Notes: generated from the sequence alone by a model not told the origin. A stretch of DNA of 64,000 nt from Squalus acanthias (GCA_030390025.1 CM059425.1:170812001-170876000); one strand, 5' to 3'; counted from the first letter of the stretch, positions 1 to 11,633 are shown. Numbers and translations are program-made.

Positions 1-461
1 CCAACATATAATAGTTGCCCACCATTTTAAAAATATTCTGTTTTTCTATTCTTCCTACCAAAGTAATTAACTTCACATTTCCCCACATTATACTCCATCT
101 GCCACCTTATTGCCCACTCACTTAACTTATCTATATCCCTTTGCAGGCTCTTTGTATCATCCTCACAGCTTACTTTCCCACCTAGCTTTGTATCATCAGC
201 AAACTTGGATACATTACACTTGGTCCCTTCATCTAAGTCATTAATATGGATTTTAAATACCTTAGGCCCAAGCACTGATCCTTGCGGCACCCCACTAGTT
301 ACAGCCTGCCAACCTGAAAATGACCCATTTATCCCTACTCTCTGTTTTCTGTCCATTAACCAATCCTCTATCCATGCTAATATATTGCCCCCAACCCCAT
401 GAGCCCTTATCTTGCGTAACAACCTTTTATGCACCTTATCGAATGCCTTTTGGAAACTGTT
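1..461 (-). mobile_element. CR1-clade LINE (family A) reverse transcriptase fragment
   Basis: ORF 27..470(-) has FQKAFDKV, GVPQGSVLGP and KFADDTKL RT motifs; near-identical protein to ORF 27986..28633. Confidence 0.92.
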
Positions 462-1560
462 GCAGTGCATCCTTTAGATAGTACACACCGCAGACATGGT
501 ACATCAGTGGTGGAGGAAGTGGATGTTTAAGCTGGTGATTAAGCAAACTGTTTTGCCCTGGATTGAGTTGAGCTTCTTGAGTGTTGTTGCAGCTGTAATT
601 GGAGAGTATTTCATCTCAATCCTGACTTGTGCCTTGTAGGAGGTAAATAGACTTTGGGGAGTCAGAAGGTTAGCTACCCACCACAGAATATCCAGCCTCT
701 GACCTTCTCTAATAGCCACGGTATTTATGTGGCTGGTCCAGTTGAGTTTCTGATCGATGGAGACCCGAGGATGTTGATGGTGGGGGACTAGGTGATGGTA
801 ATGCCCTTGAATGTCAAATGGAGATGCTTAGGCTCTTTCTGTTGTTGGAGATGGTCATTGTTTGACACAAATATTACTTGCCACTTATCAGCCCAAGTCT
901 GGATGTTGTCCAGGTCTTGCTGCATGTGCCCATAGATTGCTTCATTATCTGAAGATTATCTGAAAATGGAGCAGAACACTGTGAACAGCCCCATTTCTGA
1001 CCTTATGATGGAGGGTCATTGATGAAGCAGCTGAAAATAGTTGGGCCTAGGACACTGCCCTGAGGAACTCCTGCAGCGACGTCCTGGAGCTGAGATGATT
1101 GGCCTGCAACAACCACAACCATCTTCCAGTGTGCCAGGTATGACTCCAGCCAGTGGAAAGTTTTCCCCCTCATTTCCATTGACTTCAGTTTTACTCGGGC
1201 TCCTTGGTGCCACTTTCAGCTAAATGCTGCCTTGATGTCAAGGGCAGTCACTCTCACCTCACCTCTGGAATTAAACTCTTTTGTCCATGTCTGCATCAAG
1301 GCCGTAATGAGGTCGGGAGCTGAGTGGTCTTGGCATCAGTGAGCAGGTTATTGGTGAGTAAGTGCCACTTGATAGCACTATTGACAACTTCTTCTATCAC
1401 TTTACAGATGATCGAGAGCAGGCTGATAGCACAGTAATTGGCCAGGTTGGATTTGTCCTGCTTTTTGTGGACAGGACATACCTGGACATTTTCCACATTG
1501 TAGGATAAATGCCAGTATTGTAACTGTATTGGAATAGTTTAGCTAGGGGTATGGCTGGAT
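458..1560 (-). mobile_element. CR1-like LINE (family B) degraded RT/C-terminal fragment
   Basis: ORFs 504..719 and 1296..1496 (VCPVHKKQDKSNLANYCAISLLSII; YKAQVR...KKLNSIQ) match the longer copy at 38198-39740. Confidence 0.88.
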
Positions 1561-3084
1561 CTGCTTCAACACTTCAGACAAAGGTTAAACTTAAGTCATA
1601 CTTGTTTGCTTTTCCTCATTGTATAATATATCATTTTAATTTTATTTGAAAATATACGCACCACAAGACTGAATAAATCAAAAATATGACTAGCCGAAAC
1701 TAAAGTTGCCACAGCCATTGTGGGTAATGCCAAAGTATTTAATGAAAACCCAGGGATATAGTCACTAGCCACTGCTAAGATTTGGAAACTTGGATTGCCC
1801 ATGCTCAGTCACAGGGATGGGGTACCATTAAATTACAAATGGTTGGAAGTGAAAACTGGAAGGGTATGGCCACAGGACCAGGAGTCTGAAGGCGGATCTC
1901 ATACAGGAGTTCAACATAGATTAAGCATAGGAATCACGGAATAGAGGAGTAAAAGTATAGAGAGGTATTGATTAAGAACTGGTTCATATACTGAGTTTAT
2001 AAATCTTGGGATAATTCAGTTTAAACCAAATTAAACCATTAAACCATGACTGTTTCATTGCTTGGTCCTCTCTTTAACCAATCAATAATTGCTGAATTCT
2101 ATTATCTGTCCAATGCTGTCTCGGACAAAAAAAATGTTTTTCATTAAATATTTCATTTTATTAGATTACATAAATGTACAGTATTGAACTAGATAACCTG
2201 AATGCAAACAGTTAAAAATTATCAACTGCAAGAACATTTAGTGCAATACTTATTAAAACAGTCTTGTTAAACTGCGATAGATTCCTCTTATATTAATAGC
2301 AATGTGTTGAGAAATGTACATACCTACTCTGACAGAACAAGAGATCCTTATTATTAATAAAGGTCATTAAATCTGCTTTGATAAAAGCTATCTGGTTAAA
2401 ACCAGTCTGTTCCTGAATGCTGTCATTTAATATAATAGGTGACATTCAAATCCTGCTGTGGGCTGTGGATATTTGCTATTATATTACTATAACTAAAAGA
2501 ACAATAAGCCCACGCACTATAGAGTCTTCAATTTCTGACAATTTAAATTAAATGGGATTTCAGATTCTGTCTTTTATTCAGTTCTGTATTTGAAGTGCAG
2601 GCTTTTGTTCATCTCCTTCTATCTTATGATTTTACATTTTTACCTTTTTAACGCAATATAAATGATTTTCCTTATGATTGCATCTATGTAAGTATATGGC
2701 CTAAGCATTGTTCTTGAGAAAATCAATACAGCAATTATATTCATTTTATTTGCTAAATCCATACTTGTTCAATGCCTGTGAGCGGGTGTAATCCCACGTA
2801 TGTATGGTCAGAGCATCAGCTGGTGAAAGGAGCTCGGTCATTCCGCGGCAACACTGTTGAGATCTGTAGACTTGTGACTCAGTCCTGGTTTCTCAATGTG
2901 AAACAATATGTAGGGTGTTGTAGATGTGTATCCACATCTGGTTAGTAAATACAAACTGAATAAATTGGTTAGCTTTTGTATTGGAAACGTCAGATATTCA
3001 CACTCAGACTTGTCCTGAGGAGGAATAGTATGGTTGGGGCAGATTGGTGAGTTTGTGTGTTCCATCAGTGAAGCAGTTGAAATA

Positions 3085-3220
3085 AAGAACAAAAACTGCA
3101 AATTCTGGAAATCTCAAACAAAAACAGAAAATGCTGGAGCTACACAATAGATCATCAGCATCAGTAAAGAGGAAAGACAAGTTAACATTTTGGACATAAC
3201 CCTTACCCTTTGTCAGACCC
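3085..3220 (-). mobile_element. Old short Penelope family-1 terminal-repeat copy
   Basis: Diverged match to the aaaacagaaaatgctgg...gttaac...tcag terminus; 15-bp TSD gaagcagtt(g/c)aaata at 3070-3084 and 3221-3235. Confidence 0.7.
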
Positions 3221-3693
3221 GAAGCAGTTCAAATAGGTCAACCTAGAAATTGGCCAGCGCGAAATGGGTGCAAGGAAGGATTCCTGCGCCAGAACGGGTA
3301 GGCCTAAGCTGCAGATGCCTGCTGGGCGTGCCCAGGCAGCTCGCCAGAGAAGATAATTTGAATTTCAGGTTGCTGCATCGCTGGGAGAAGCCTCGAGGAA
3401 ATTCCAAGTGTAGTCACTAGCACAGGAGGTTAAAATCAGTGAGAATCACTCAGTTTACGACACCATAATTGAGCTGGAAATGCATAGGTTACAATCCCAG
3501 CATTTAAGTGGTGAGTGCACCCACCGCTGTCCTCCAGTGCTACAGACAGACCGCAAGCATCACTTCAGGTACATCTCCAGCACCTGTCCACCATTGACAA
3601 CTGCAAACACTGACATCAGACCACCCATGGAAGCTGAGGTTGCCCAAGCTCTCCCCCCCGACCCTGGCACTTACAACTGAACTATCAAACTCC

Positions 3694-3850
3694 CTACTGC
3701 CTAGCCTTTAGTCCTCCATTCACAATAACACTTCTACAGCTGTTGATCTGTTCAAACACTCCCTCCCATGCACCTTTGATGCCCTTGTCTTTAATAAAAG
3801 TGTACTCTGTCCCACTCTGGTCGTTCTCCCTAGTATGGTCCATCTTTCCT
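3694..3850 (-). pseudogene. Possible Harbinger-associated Myb/SANT-like remnant
   Basis: Translation KGAWEGVFEQINSCRSV resembles the W-x-x-V/I-x-x-x-I/V-N-S helix of Myb/SANT-like proteins; lies in TE-like sequence. Confidence 0.35.
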
Positions 3851-4026
3851 CCTTTAAGTTCAAGGGTTGCAGACTGGAGCATATCTGGCACACAACTGGT
3901 TTAGCCATCCATCACCAGATCTGGCTGGATCACTATCAGGCTTTGATCTCCTCTGCCAAAACCATTCACTAGTCCAGGATCATCCTGGAAAGCAAAGAGA
4001 ACGGCCAGCTTCTTTTCTGCACTGAC

Positions 4027-5255
4027 ATAAGAACATAAGAAATAGGAACAGAAGTAGGCCATTCAGCCCTTCGAGCCTGCTCCGCCATTCAATAAGATCA
4101 TGGGTGATCTTCTACCTCAAGTCCACCTTCCTGCACTATACCCATATCCCTTGCTTCCCTTAGTATCCAAAAATCTATTGATCTCTGTCCTGAATATACT
4201 CAACGATTGAGCCCTCTGGGATAGAGAATTCTAAAGATTCACAACCCTCTGAGTGAAAACATTTCTCCTCATCTCAGTCCTTAATGGCTGACTCCTTATT
4301 TTGAGACTGTGACCCCTATTTCTAGACTCCCCAGCCAGGGGAAACATCCTCCCAGCATCTACCCTGTCAAGCCCCTTAAGAATTTAATGGCCCAAAAATT
4401 CGTGAGGAAGCCTTCGTGCGAGGGTAAGGCTTCCCCGCGATCTCTCACTGCGCGTTGGCTTTTTCAGTTCCAGCTCGCACGAACTTGATGTTCTGGACAG
4501 CTGCTGTGCTGGGCTTGCGTATCCCACAGGCGTAGTTAATTCGTGCGAGCTGTGGGATCACGTGACTCAGTTAGAGCCAATGGCAGCACACCATCTTCCA
4601 TTCATAACTTTCACATAAGTGCTGTGAAAGCTATGAATACTATAGCCCCCCAAAAGACCAGCTAAACCTCAATTAATTTTTTTTTTAAAACCATCACATT
4701 AATAAAATAAGTATAGTTAAATAAATTAACCATTTTAAATAAAAAATTAAAATTTTTGAAAAAATTTAAAATCTTTTAAAAAGTTATAAAAATAAACTTA
4801 CCTGTCTTTAAAGTCTCTAAAAAAGATATACCTGTTAAAAAAAATTCAAAATAATACTTAATTCACTACTTACCTTGTTAAAAGTGGGTCTTACTCCTCC
4901 TTTTTTTATGTGTAAAATCTTCCATACTTACCTGCGCGTTGAAACCACTAAGTGCACTGCATGCGCGCAGCCTGTAGCGCGCACGCGGTTCACCTAGGAC
5001 CCGCCCCCTTTTCCATTCACCAAGTGCCGGTTTTCAGCGCATGCGCAGTGCATGCAGAAAACCTGCAATTGGAGACAGAATACGCGAGAGTACACAGTGC
5101 GTACTCTCGCGTATCAACACAAATTTTTGGGCCAATATGTTTCAATGAGATCACCTCTCATTCTTCTAAATTCTAGGGAATATAGGCCTAGTTTCCTCAA
5201 TTTCTCCTCATAGGACAATCCCCCCATCCCAGGAATCAGTCTAATGAACCTGACA
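4027..5255 (-). mobile_element. CR1 family A 3' end, split by a MITE
   Basis: Begins with the reverse-complemented CR1 tail (cataagaacataagaaataggaacagaagtaggccattc); homology resumes at 5137 after the MITE. Confidence 0.88.
4389..5133 (+). mobile_element. PIF/Harbinger-type MITE, family M1 copy 1
   Basis: TIRs ggcccaaaaatt / aatttttgggcc; 3-bp TSD aat; related copies at 7649-8369 and 17878-18609. Strand is arbitrary. Confidence 0.88.
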
Positions 5256-5331
5256 CTGCCTTAAACCCCAAGCCGAAGAGAGGAGAGGCTCACAGTTTTC
5301 CTTTCAGTGAAGTTACATACATTGTCATAGT

Positions 5332-5437
5332 GGCCAGGAAATTCCTTGATCTGCTTCCACTTCGCGGCGTTACTTCACCCGAAGTGCGGCAAATTAACTC
5401 TGACAAAGCAGGAGCAGATCCAAGGAATTTTCCGATC
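5332..5437. mobile_element. Small hairpin MITE (Harbinger-like)
   Basis: Imperfect TIRs ggccaggaaattccttgatctgct / agcagatccaaggaattttccgatc; TSD agt; relatives at 24632-24787 and 55424-55577. Confidence 0.65.
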
Positions 5438-5717
5438 AGTAAGTTCTAATGCTGTAGTTGGACCTCTTATTAAAACCCACAAGTGTAAGGGTGCTGAATT
5501 GAAACATCTGCCTGGTGTAGAGCTGTTAGCCCTTGTTTCCGAGCAGCCACCCTCAGGTTTGACGTGGTGGCTGGAAGAATGCTGGCACAGCGGACTGGCA
5601 CAGGATGAAGGCATCATGACTGCTGCCCGGATACCAGGCATTCACCATCAGGATGTAAAAACAGAAAATGCTGGAAATACCCAGCAGGTCAGGCAGGATC
5701 TGTGGAGAGAGAAACAG

Positions 5718-5754
5718 AGTTAACGTTTCAGGTCGATGACCTTTCGTCAGAACT
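5718..5754 (-). ncRNA. Minimal type I hammerhead ribozyme motif (intact core)
   Basis: Reverse complement reads AGTT CTGACGA A AGGTC ATC GACCT GAAA CGTT AACT: stem I AGTT/AACT, CUGAnGA, stem II, GAAA, palindromic AACGTT stem III. Confidence 0.82.
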
Positions 5755-6077
5755 GGAAAAAGTTAGAGATGTAACAAATTTTAAGCAAGTGCAGGGGCAG
5801 GGAAAGGGGGGAGGGGAGGAAAGAACAAAAGGGAGGGTCTGTGATAGGGTGGACAGCAGGAGAGATTAAATGACAAAAGGTATGATTGTACAAAGCAAAA
5901 GGAGATGGTAATGGGACAAGTAAAGAAACAAAAGATGGGTCTAGAAGAGGTGTAAATGGGAATAGTAGAATCATCAACAGCTGCCATGTGAAAAAATAAG
6001 GGCAGAGTTTATGGTCTGAAATCGTTGAACTCGATGTTGACATATCCTTTTTCCTCAACCAAGGAATACCCTCTACC

Positions 6078-6770
6078 ATGGTTGACACGGCCCTCGACCG
6101 TGTCCATTCCATTTCCCGTACTTCTGCTCTCACCCCTTCCCCTCCCTCCCAGAACCACGACAGAGTTCCCCTTGAGCTCACCTTTCACCCCACCAGCCGT
6201 CACATTCAACAGATCATCCTCCGCCATTTCCGCCACCTCCAGCGTGATCCCACCACCAAACACATCTTCCCCTCCCCTCCCCTTTCAGCATTCCAAAGGG
6301 ACCGCTCCCTCCGCGACACCCTGGTCCACTCTCCAATCACCCTCAACACCCCTTCCCCTTCCCAGGGCACCTTCCCATGCAAGCACAGGAGATGCAACAC
6401 CTGCCCTTTTACCTCCTCCCTTCTCACTGTCCGGGGTCCCAAACACTCCTTCCAGGTGAAACAGCGATTTACTTGTACTTCTTGCAATTTAGTATACTAT
6501 ATTCGCAGCTCACAATGCGGTCTGCTCTACATTGGGGAGACCAAACGCAGATTGGGTGACTATTTTGCGGAACACCTCCATGCAGTCCACAGCTTGACTC
6601 CGAGCTTCCAGTCGCCTGTCACTTTAATCTTCCACTCCACTCCCATCTGACCTCTCTGTCCTTGGCCTCTTAGACTGTTCCAACGAAACTCAACGTAAGC
6701 TCGAGGAACAGCACCTCATCTTTCGATTAGGCACTTTACAGCCTTCTGGACTCAACATTGAGTTCAACAA
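6078..6770 (+). pseudogene. Penelope GIY-YIG endonuclease C-terminal coding fragment
   Basis: CKHRRCNTCP zinc-knuckle-like motif, then NLVYYIRSSQCGLLYIGETKRRLGDYFAEHL. After a frameshift: RKLEEQHLIFRLGTLQPSGLN. Confidence 0.9.
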
Positions 6771-6771
6771 T

Positions 6772-6949
6772 GTCAGGCAGCATCTGTGAAGAGAGAAACA
6801 GATTTAACGTTTCAGTTCTGACGAAAGGTCATCAACCTGAAACATTAACTCTGTTTCTCTCTTCACAGATGCTGCCTGACCTGCTGAGTATCTCCAGCAT
6901 TTTCAGTTTTTATTTCAGATTTCCAGCATCTGCAGTATTTTCTTTTTGT
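6772..6949 (+). mobile_element. Short Penelope family-1 copy inserted into its own family; hammerhead motif at 6814-6850
   Basis: Perfect 15-bp TSD attgagttcaacaat (6757-6771, 6950-6964); inverted 5' segment; agtt ctgacga a aggtc atc aacct gaaa catt aact. Confidence 0.85.
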
Positions 6950-7225
6950 ATTGAGTTCAACAATTTCAGACCATAACCTCTGCCCTATTTTTTCACATGG
7001 CAGCTGTTGATTCTGCCATTCCCATTTACACCTCTTCTAGACTTATCTATTGTTTCTTTACTTGTCCCATTACCATCTTCTTTTGCCTTGCACCATCATC
7101 CCTTTTGTCATTTAATCTCTCCTGCCTTCCATCCTATCACAGACCTTCCCCTTTGTTCTTTCCTCCCCTCCCCCCTTTCCCTGCCACTGCACTTGCTTAA
7201 AATCTGTTACATTCTAACTTTTTCC

Positions 7226-7262
7226 AGTTCTGACGAAGGGTCATTGACCTGAAATGTTAACT
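7226..7262 (+). ncRNA. Hammerhead ribozyme motif (CpG-decayed stem III)
   Basis: agtt ctgacga a gggtc att gacct gaaa tgtt aact. Confidence 0.72.
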
Positions 7263-7648
7263 CAGTTTCTCTCTCCACAGATGCTGCCTGACCTACTGAG
7301 TATTTGCAGCATTTTCTGTTTTTATTTCAGATTTCCAGCATCCACAATATTTTGCTTTTGCACCATCATGATGTGTTGAGTGTGGTCACGCACCAGCTAC
7401 ACATTAAGTGAGTGATAGCCTTTGCGGCTGCAGAACATCTCAGGATTGATAGGCGGTGCCCGCAAAGCCATGTGTGTGCAGTCGATGGCGCCCTGCACCA
7501 TGGGGAAGCCCATTATCCTGGCAAAGCCACAAGCACACTCCTCCTGCTTCTCTCTGTTCAGAGAGAAGACAACAAAGTCCCTTCTACTGGAGTTCTTTGA
7601 TTAGTTTGATTTGGAGCTGCCTGACCGGCAATAATTACATAAATTATT

Positions 7649-8369
7649 GGCCCAAAAATTAGTGCCACTACGCGAGAGTATTCTGTCTCCAATTGCCGGT
7701 TTTCTGCATGCACTGCGCATGCGCTGAAAACCGGCACTTGGTGAATGGAAAAGGGGGCGGGTCCTAGGTGAACCGCGTGCGCGCTACAGGCTGCGCGCAT
7801 GCAGTGCACTTAGTGGTTTCAACGCGCAGGTAAGTACGGAAGATTCTACACATTAAAAAAGGAGGAGTAAGACCCACTTTTAACAAGGTAAGTAGTGAAT
7901 TAAGTATTATTTTGAATTTTTTTTAACAGGTATATCTTTTTTAGAGACTTTAAAGACAGGTAAGTTTATTTTTATAACTTTTTAAAAGATTTTAAATTTT
8001 TTCAAAAATTTAATTTTTTATTTAAAATGGTTAATTTATTTAACTATACTTATTTTATTAATGTGATGGTTTTTTTTAAATTTAATTGAGGTTTAGCGGT
8101 TCTTTTGGGGGGCTATAGTATTCATAGCTTTCACAGCACTTATGTGAAAGTTATGAATGGAAGATGGTGTGCTGCCATTGGCTCTAACTGAGTCACGTGA
8201 TCCCACAGCTCGCACGAATTAACTACGCCGGTGGGATACGCAAGCCCAGCACAGCAGCTGTCCAGAACATCAAGTTCGTGCGAGCTGGAACTGAAAAAGC
8301 CAACGCGCAGTGAGAGATCGCGGGGAGGCCTTACCCTCGCACGAAGGCTTCCTCACGAATTTTTGGGCC
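7649..8369 (-). mobile_element. Harbinger-type MITE, family M1 copy 2 (inverted relative to copy 1)
   Basis: Near-identical reverse complement of 4389-5133; TIR ggcccaaaaatt; TSD att. Confidence 0.9.
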
Positions 8370-8489
8370 ATTGTCTCTGGATCTTCCCTTCCTGCCTGCG
8401 CCTAATCACCATGTTCACATTGATTGGTAATTCTACATAATGATAGCAAGCATATCAAATAAGAGGAAGCAGGATCTGGAAGGGAGGCA

Positions 8490-8750
8490 AGGGAGAAAGA
8501 ATCTCTGGGAGGGAGGGAGCAGAAATCTCTGATATTTCACGAGGAAGTGAGCAGCAATCTCTGAGAATCCAGGGGAGGGGAGTGAGCAAGAATCTCTGAG
8601 ATTTCATGGGGGAGAGAGCAACAATCTCTGGGAATCTGGGAAGCGGAGAGAGAGCAGGCATCTCTGAGATTTCAGGAGAGAGGGAGCAACAATCTGTGGA
8701 CCTTGGTGAGGGCAGGAATGAGCGCAGCGATCTCCTGGAATTTGGAGGAA
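8490..8750. repeat. Purine-rich minisatellite, about 33-35 bp unit
   Basis: About 8 diverged units with core gagca(a/g)caatctctg(a/g)gat(t)tc...ggag. Confidence 0.7.
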
Positions 8751-8769
8751 GGGAAAGAGAGAGGGAGAT

Positions 8770-8912
8770 AGGTGGTTCAAGGAATGGGGAATAAAGGGAT
8801 ATGCGAAGAGGACGGGCACATGCAATTAGGACTACTGCTCACTTGGAGGATAAACACCAATACGGACTAGTTGGGCCGAATGGCCACTTTCTGTATTGTA
8901 ATTTCTATGTAA
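8770..8912 (+). mobile_element. CR1 3' tail fragment
   Basis: ggagataaacacc...ggactagttgggccgaatggcc...ttctgtattgtaatttctatgtaa tail. Confidence 0.7.
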
Positions 8913-9165
8913 GAATTATGAAAAAAACATGAGGAGATGTGAACCTGGAAATTGCAGAAAACATTATACCAGTTGCACTTGTATGAGACTGGACAGCAAA
9001 TTTGGGAGTTCCAGAGTTCACGTAATTCCCATCTGCTGAATGCCAATCATGAAATTGCCGTACGTCTTTTGAGCTGGTGGAGCACTGTAGCACGCAGACT
9101 GTGCATAAGGCTTGTTCTACATGCACATTAGGGATTATCATTTCTTAAGGGGCACCACAAAAGCA

Positions 9166-9312
9166 ACAACATTTCATTTATATAGTGACTTTAACGTAGT
9201 AAAACATCCCAAGACACTTCACAGGAGATGATAAAACAATTGACACCAAGCCAAAGAACATCAGGACAGGTGACCAAAAGAGGTTTTAAGCAGCATCTTA
9301 AAGGAGGAGAGA
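9166..9312 (-). mobile_element. L2-type LINE 3' end fragment
   Basis: Reverse complement of the gggatgttttactacgttaaag...ctatataaatg...gttgttg tail seen at 18935-19248. Confidence 0.7.
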
Positions 9313-9458
9313 GTGGTATCTTCATGCATTACACGTGCAATCTGTCAATCTCACCCACATGAAATGGATGTCAGAGTTCAGGTAGGTTCTTGCAAATCAC
9401 GAATCAAAAGGCAACTGCAGCATTGCCAATCAGCTTTTGCAGTCACAAAGTTCATAGT

Positions 9459-9670
9459 AATGGGGATTGCTTTCAGTGCTTTCCAGGCACTTGATTTAAT
9501 GGAGAATGAGAATGAGAAGGAGCAACAAAGAACTGAAAGAGATGTCAGATGACACCAGAGGCATACTGTCGGCCCCTGCCTCATCGCATTTACCAGGCCA
9601 GGCACAGTTAGTTGGCAATAACTGAGGAGCATTGCCATGATGGACTCAAGTTTAGCAAGGATACCATTTG
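9459..9670 (+). pseudogene. Harbinger transposase N-terminal remnant
   Basis: PHRIYQARHS*LAITEEHCHDGLKFSKDTI resembles the RVYR...SYL.M(S/T)EE.C.RRLRF.K N-terminal motif of Harbinger transposases. Confidence 0.55.
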
Positions 9671-10397
9671 CTTCAAGAAGACCTGTAGAGAACCTTAAAC
9701 ATAGGGATGGCACTGCAAGTGATCGCCAAGATGACTATGGCTCACTGGGGCTGTGGTCAGAAGAGCACCCTCTTACATACATTCTGCATGTCTGTGTGTC
9801 AGTGAGTGAGTAGGGGGACAGGACATAATTGAACAGAGAATATCTCTGGCTTCACTCGCTCCTGCTCCTTGATGCACCGGGTGGCCATCTCAAATGGGAT
9901 GAAGCGCTTGAACTTCTTTGGACGCCTTCCAATCTTGCTGTCCTCCCTTTTATTATATGCCTTTGTACGAAAGGCTGATATTTAGAGATATTTAGTAGAC
10001 GAGAATCATATACGTATAAATTCAAGTGTAGCCACTGACCAAATAATATTACCCATAATTACTCCTGGGTAACTAAAAAGCTAAGACTTGTTCAGAATGC
10101 AGCTGCGAGGACAGCCAAAGGCAGTTTTGACTAAGCTTTGATAACAAGCAGCTACAGGCTGCAAGTGAAGGTCAAATCATTAAATAACATATTATAATGC
10201 TGAGTAGAACTTAGAATTCGCTTAACAAAACTAATTGCAACAATATTTAAAGGATAATTAGTTTAAGGACATAAAATGAGAGAGATCATGGAAGTTAAGT
10301 TATCCATTGAAGTGAGATAGTCTGGACACCGTCCAGACCAGTGAAACAGCGCTGACATGGGCTGAGCCCTTGGTATAGAAAGGCCTTGTACTGCTTG

Positions 10398-10539
10398 TAC
10401 TACTGTTCCGATGAAGGGTTTCGACCTGAAACGTTAACTCTCTTTCTCTCTCCACGGATGTTGCCTGGCCTGCTGAGTTTTTCCAGCGTTTTCTGTTGTT
10501 ATTTCGGATTTCCAGCATCCGCAGTATTTTGCTATCGTA
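10398..10539 (+). mobile_element. Short Penelope family-1 copy with a variant hammerhead motif (about 10405-10439)
   Basis: 13-bp TSD cttgtactgcttg (10385-10397, 10540-10552); gtt ccgatga a gggt ttcg acct gaaa cgtt aac. Confidence 0.82.
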
Positions 10540-10741
10540 CTTGTACTGCTTGAAGCTAGCAATGAAAGAGATATGGTAATTCCAACAGGGTGAAGAACTA
10601 CAAACAAGATAACAAGACAGCAGAATAGGGTTGTGGAAAAGTACTGAAAAAGGAGTGGCCAAGATGCTAGCCTTAGTCTGAGTGACAATGGTATTTTGAC
10701 CATCAGAACCAATTATAAAAGGTGATTTTGTTAAAGACTAT

Positions 10742-11633
10742 GGGGGAGAAATTCAGTATCGCCCCATTTGGGGCGCAATTATCGGCCGGGCGCAAAGATT
10801 AGCGCCTGGCGCTAATTATCGCCACCGACTGCAAACTTGACTTTTATCGCCCCGGAGGTGATTGGAGCGCTAAATCAGGCGCTTCACACCTGTCTTAAGG
10901 CGCAAAGGCCGAGGAGCGAGGCGCTACCTCAGAGCGCTGGCGAAGCTCATGTGATGTCAGTCAGCAATGGAACACACACACAATGGCGCCGGCCAGTTCT
11001 TAAAGGGGATGGTTGATCTTGCTTTCCATCCACATCCTGCAAATTGCAGCCTTGAATCCCGGCCTGGAGAGACCTGCACATCAAATCTGCTGGAAAGAAC
11101 AATGGAGAGTACCAGGGAAAGAGCTTAGAGTGCAGCCCCCACACTCTCTTCTAAATCGATACAAGGAATGGCAAATCAAAATGAACCTGCAAAGTGCTGC
11201 TCAGTACCCAAAACTCCTTCACACAGCGTTGAATCTCTCCAGAAGTCCCTCTCTCTCTCTCTCAGAATGCGTGGTTCAAAAATGGCATCAACAATAAAAG
11301 GCAGGAAGCGGTCGCCTTTAAATAACGCTCCCCCAGTCCCTTCATGACTGCAAAACGCTCCCCTCAACCTGTCGTTGCTAGCGTCAGGCAGTAAGGCAGG
11401 GGGCACCACTCAATATCTGCTCCGGGACGATACTGGGGCGTTGCACACTCGACTGACGTCACGATCTGCCGGCGCAGGAGATCGTGGCGGTAGTGTTTAG
11501 CGCCGCCGCAAAATGTCTAGTTAATTTCGCGAGCGGCGCAAACATCACCGCGCCTGGGCGCTAGATGCTTTGCGCCCCATTAGCGCCCTCTTAAGGCGCT
11601 AACGGGAGGCGCAACAAACTGAATTTTTCCCCC
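10742..11633. mobile_element. Harbinger-type non-autonomous element (CpG-rich)
   Basis: TIRs gggggagaaattcag / ctgaatttttccccc (14/15 match); TSD tat. Confidence 0.85.

Larger units (their letters stand above)
5657..7360 (+). mobile_element. Penelope-like retroelement (family 1), 5'-truncated, with inverted terminal repeat
   Basis: GIY-YIG ORF 6078..6650. Segment 5657-6040 is an inverted copy of about 6950-7330. 14-bp TSD caccatca(g/t)gatgt at 5643-5656 and 7361-7374. Confidence 0.92.
5515..7600 (-). pseudogene. PIF/Harbinger DDE transposase remnant (HARBI1-like), interrupted by a Penelope element
   Basis: Minus strand 7600->7361 reads GFARIMGFPMVQGAIDCTHMALRAP..SRKGYHSLNV*LVRD. It continues from 5656 down as VNAWYPGSSHDAFIL...GWLLGNKG. 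These are the GAIDCTH / PGSxHD / LLGDxGY Harbinger catalytic motifs, with stop codons. Confidence 0.88.

Noticed and set aside
1620..2170. Possible solo LTR (TGTA...TACA)
   Set aside because: No matching TSD and no second copy in the window.
4952..5176. Repeated small ORF MHCMRAACSAHAVHLGPAPF (also 7558..7809 and 18428..18679) as a gene family
   Set aside because: The recurrence simply reflects the three M1 MITE copies; the ORFs start at GTG and run out through the TIR into unrelated flanks.
4389..8369. A single 4-kb transposon with 740-bp TIRs
   Set aside because: Each repeat has its own complete TIR pair and its own TSD, so these are two independent insertions.
8490..8750. CRISPR-like repeat-spacer appearance
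   Set aside because: Eukaryotic context, degenerate repeats, low-complexity related spacers and no cas genes.
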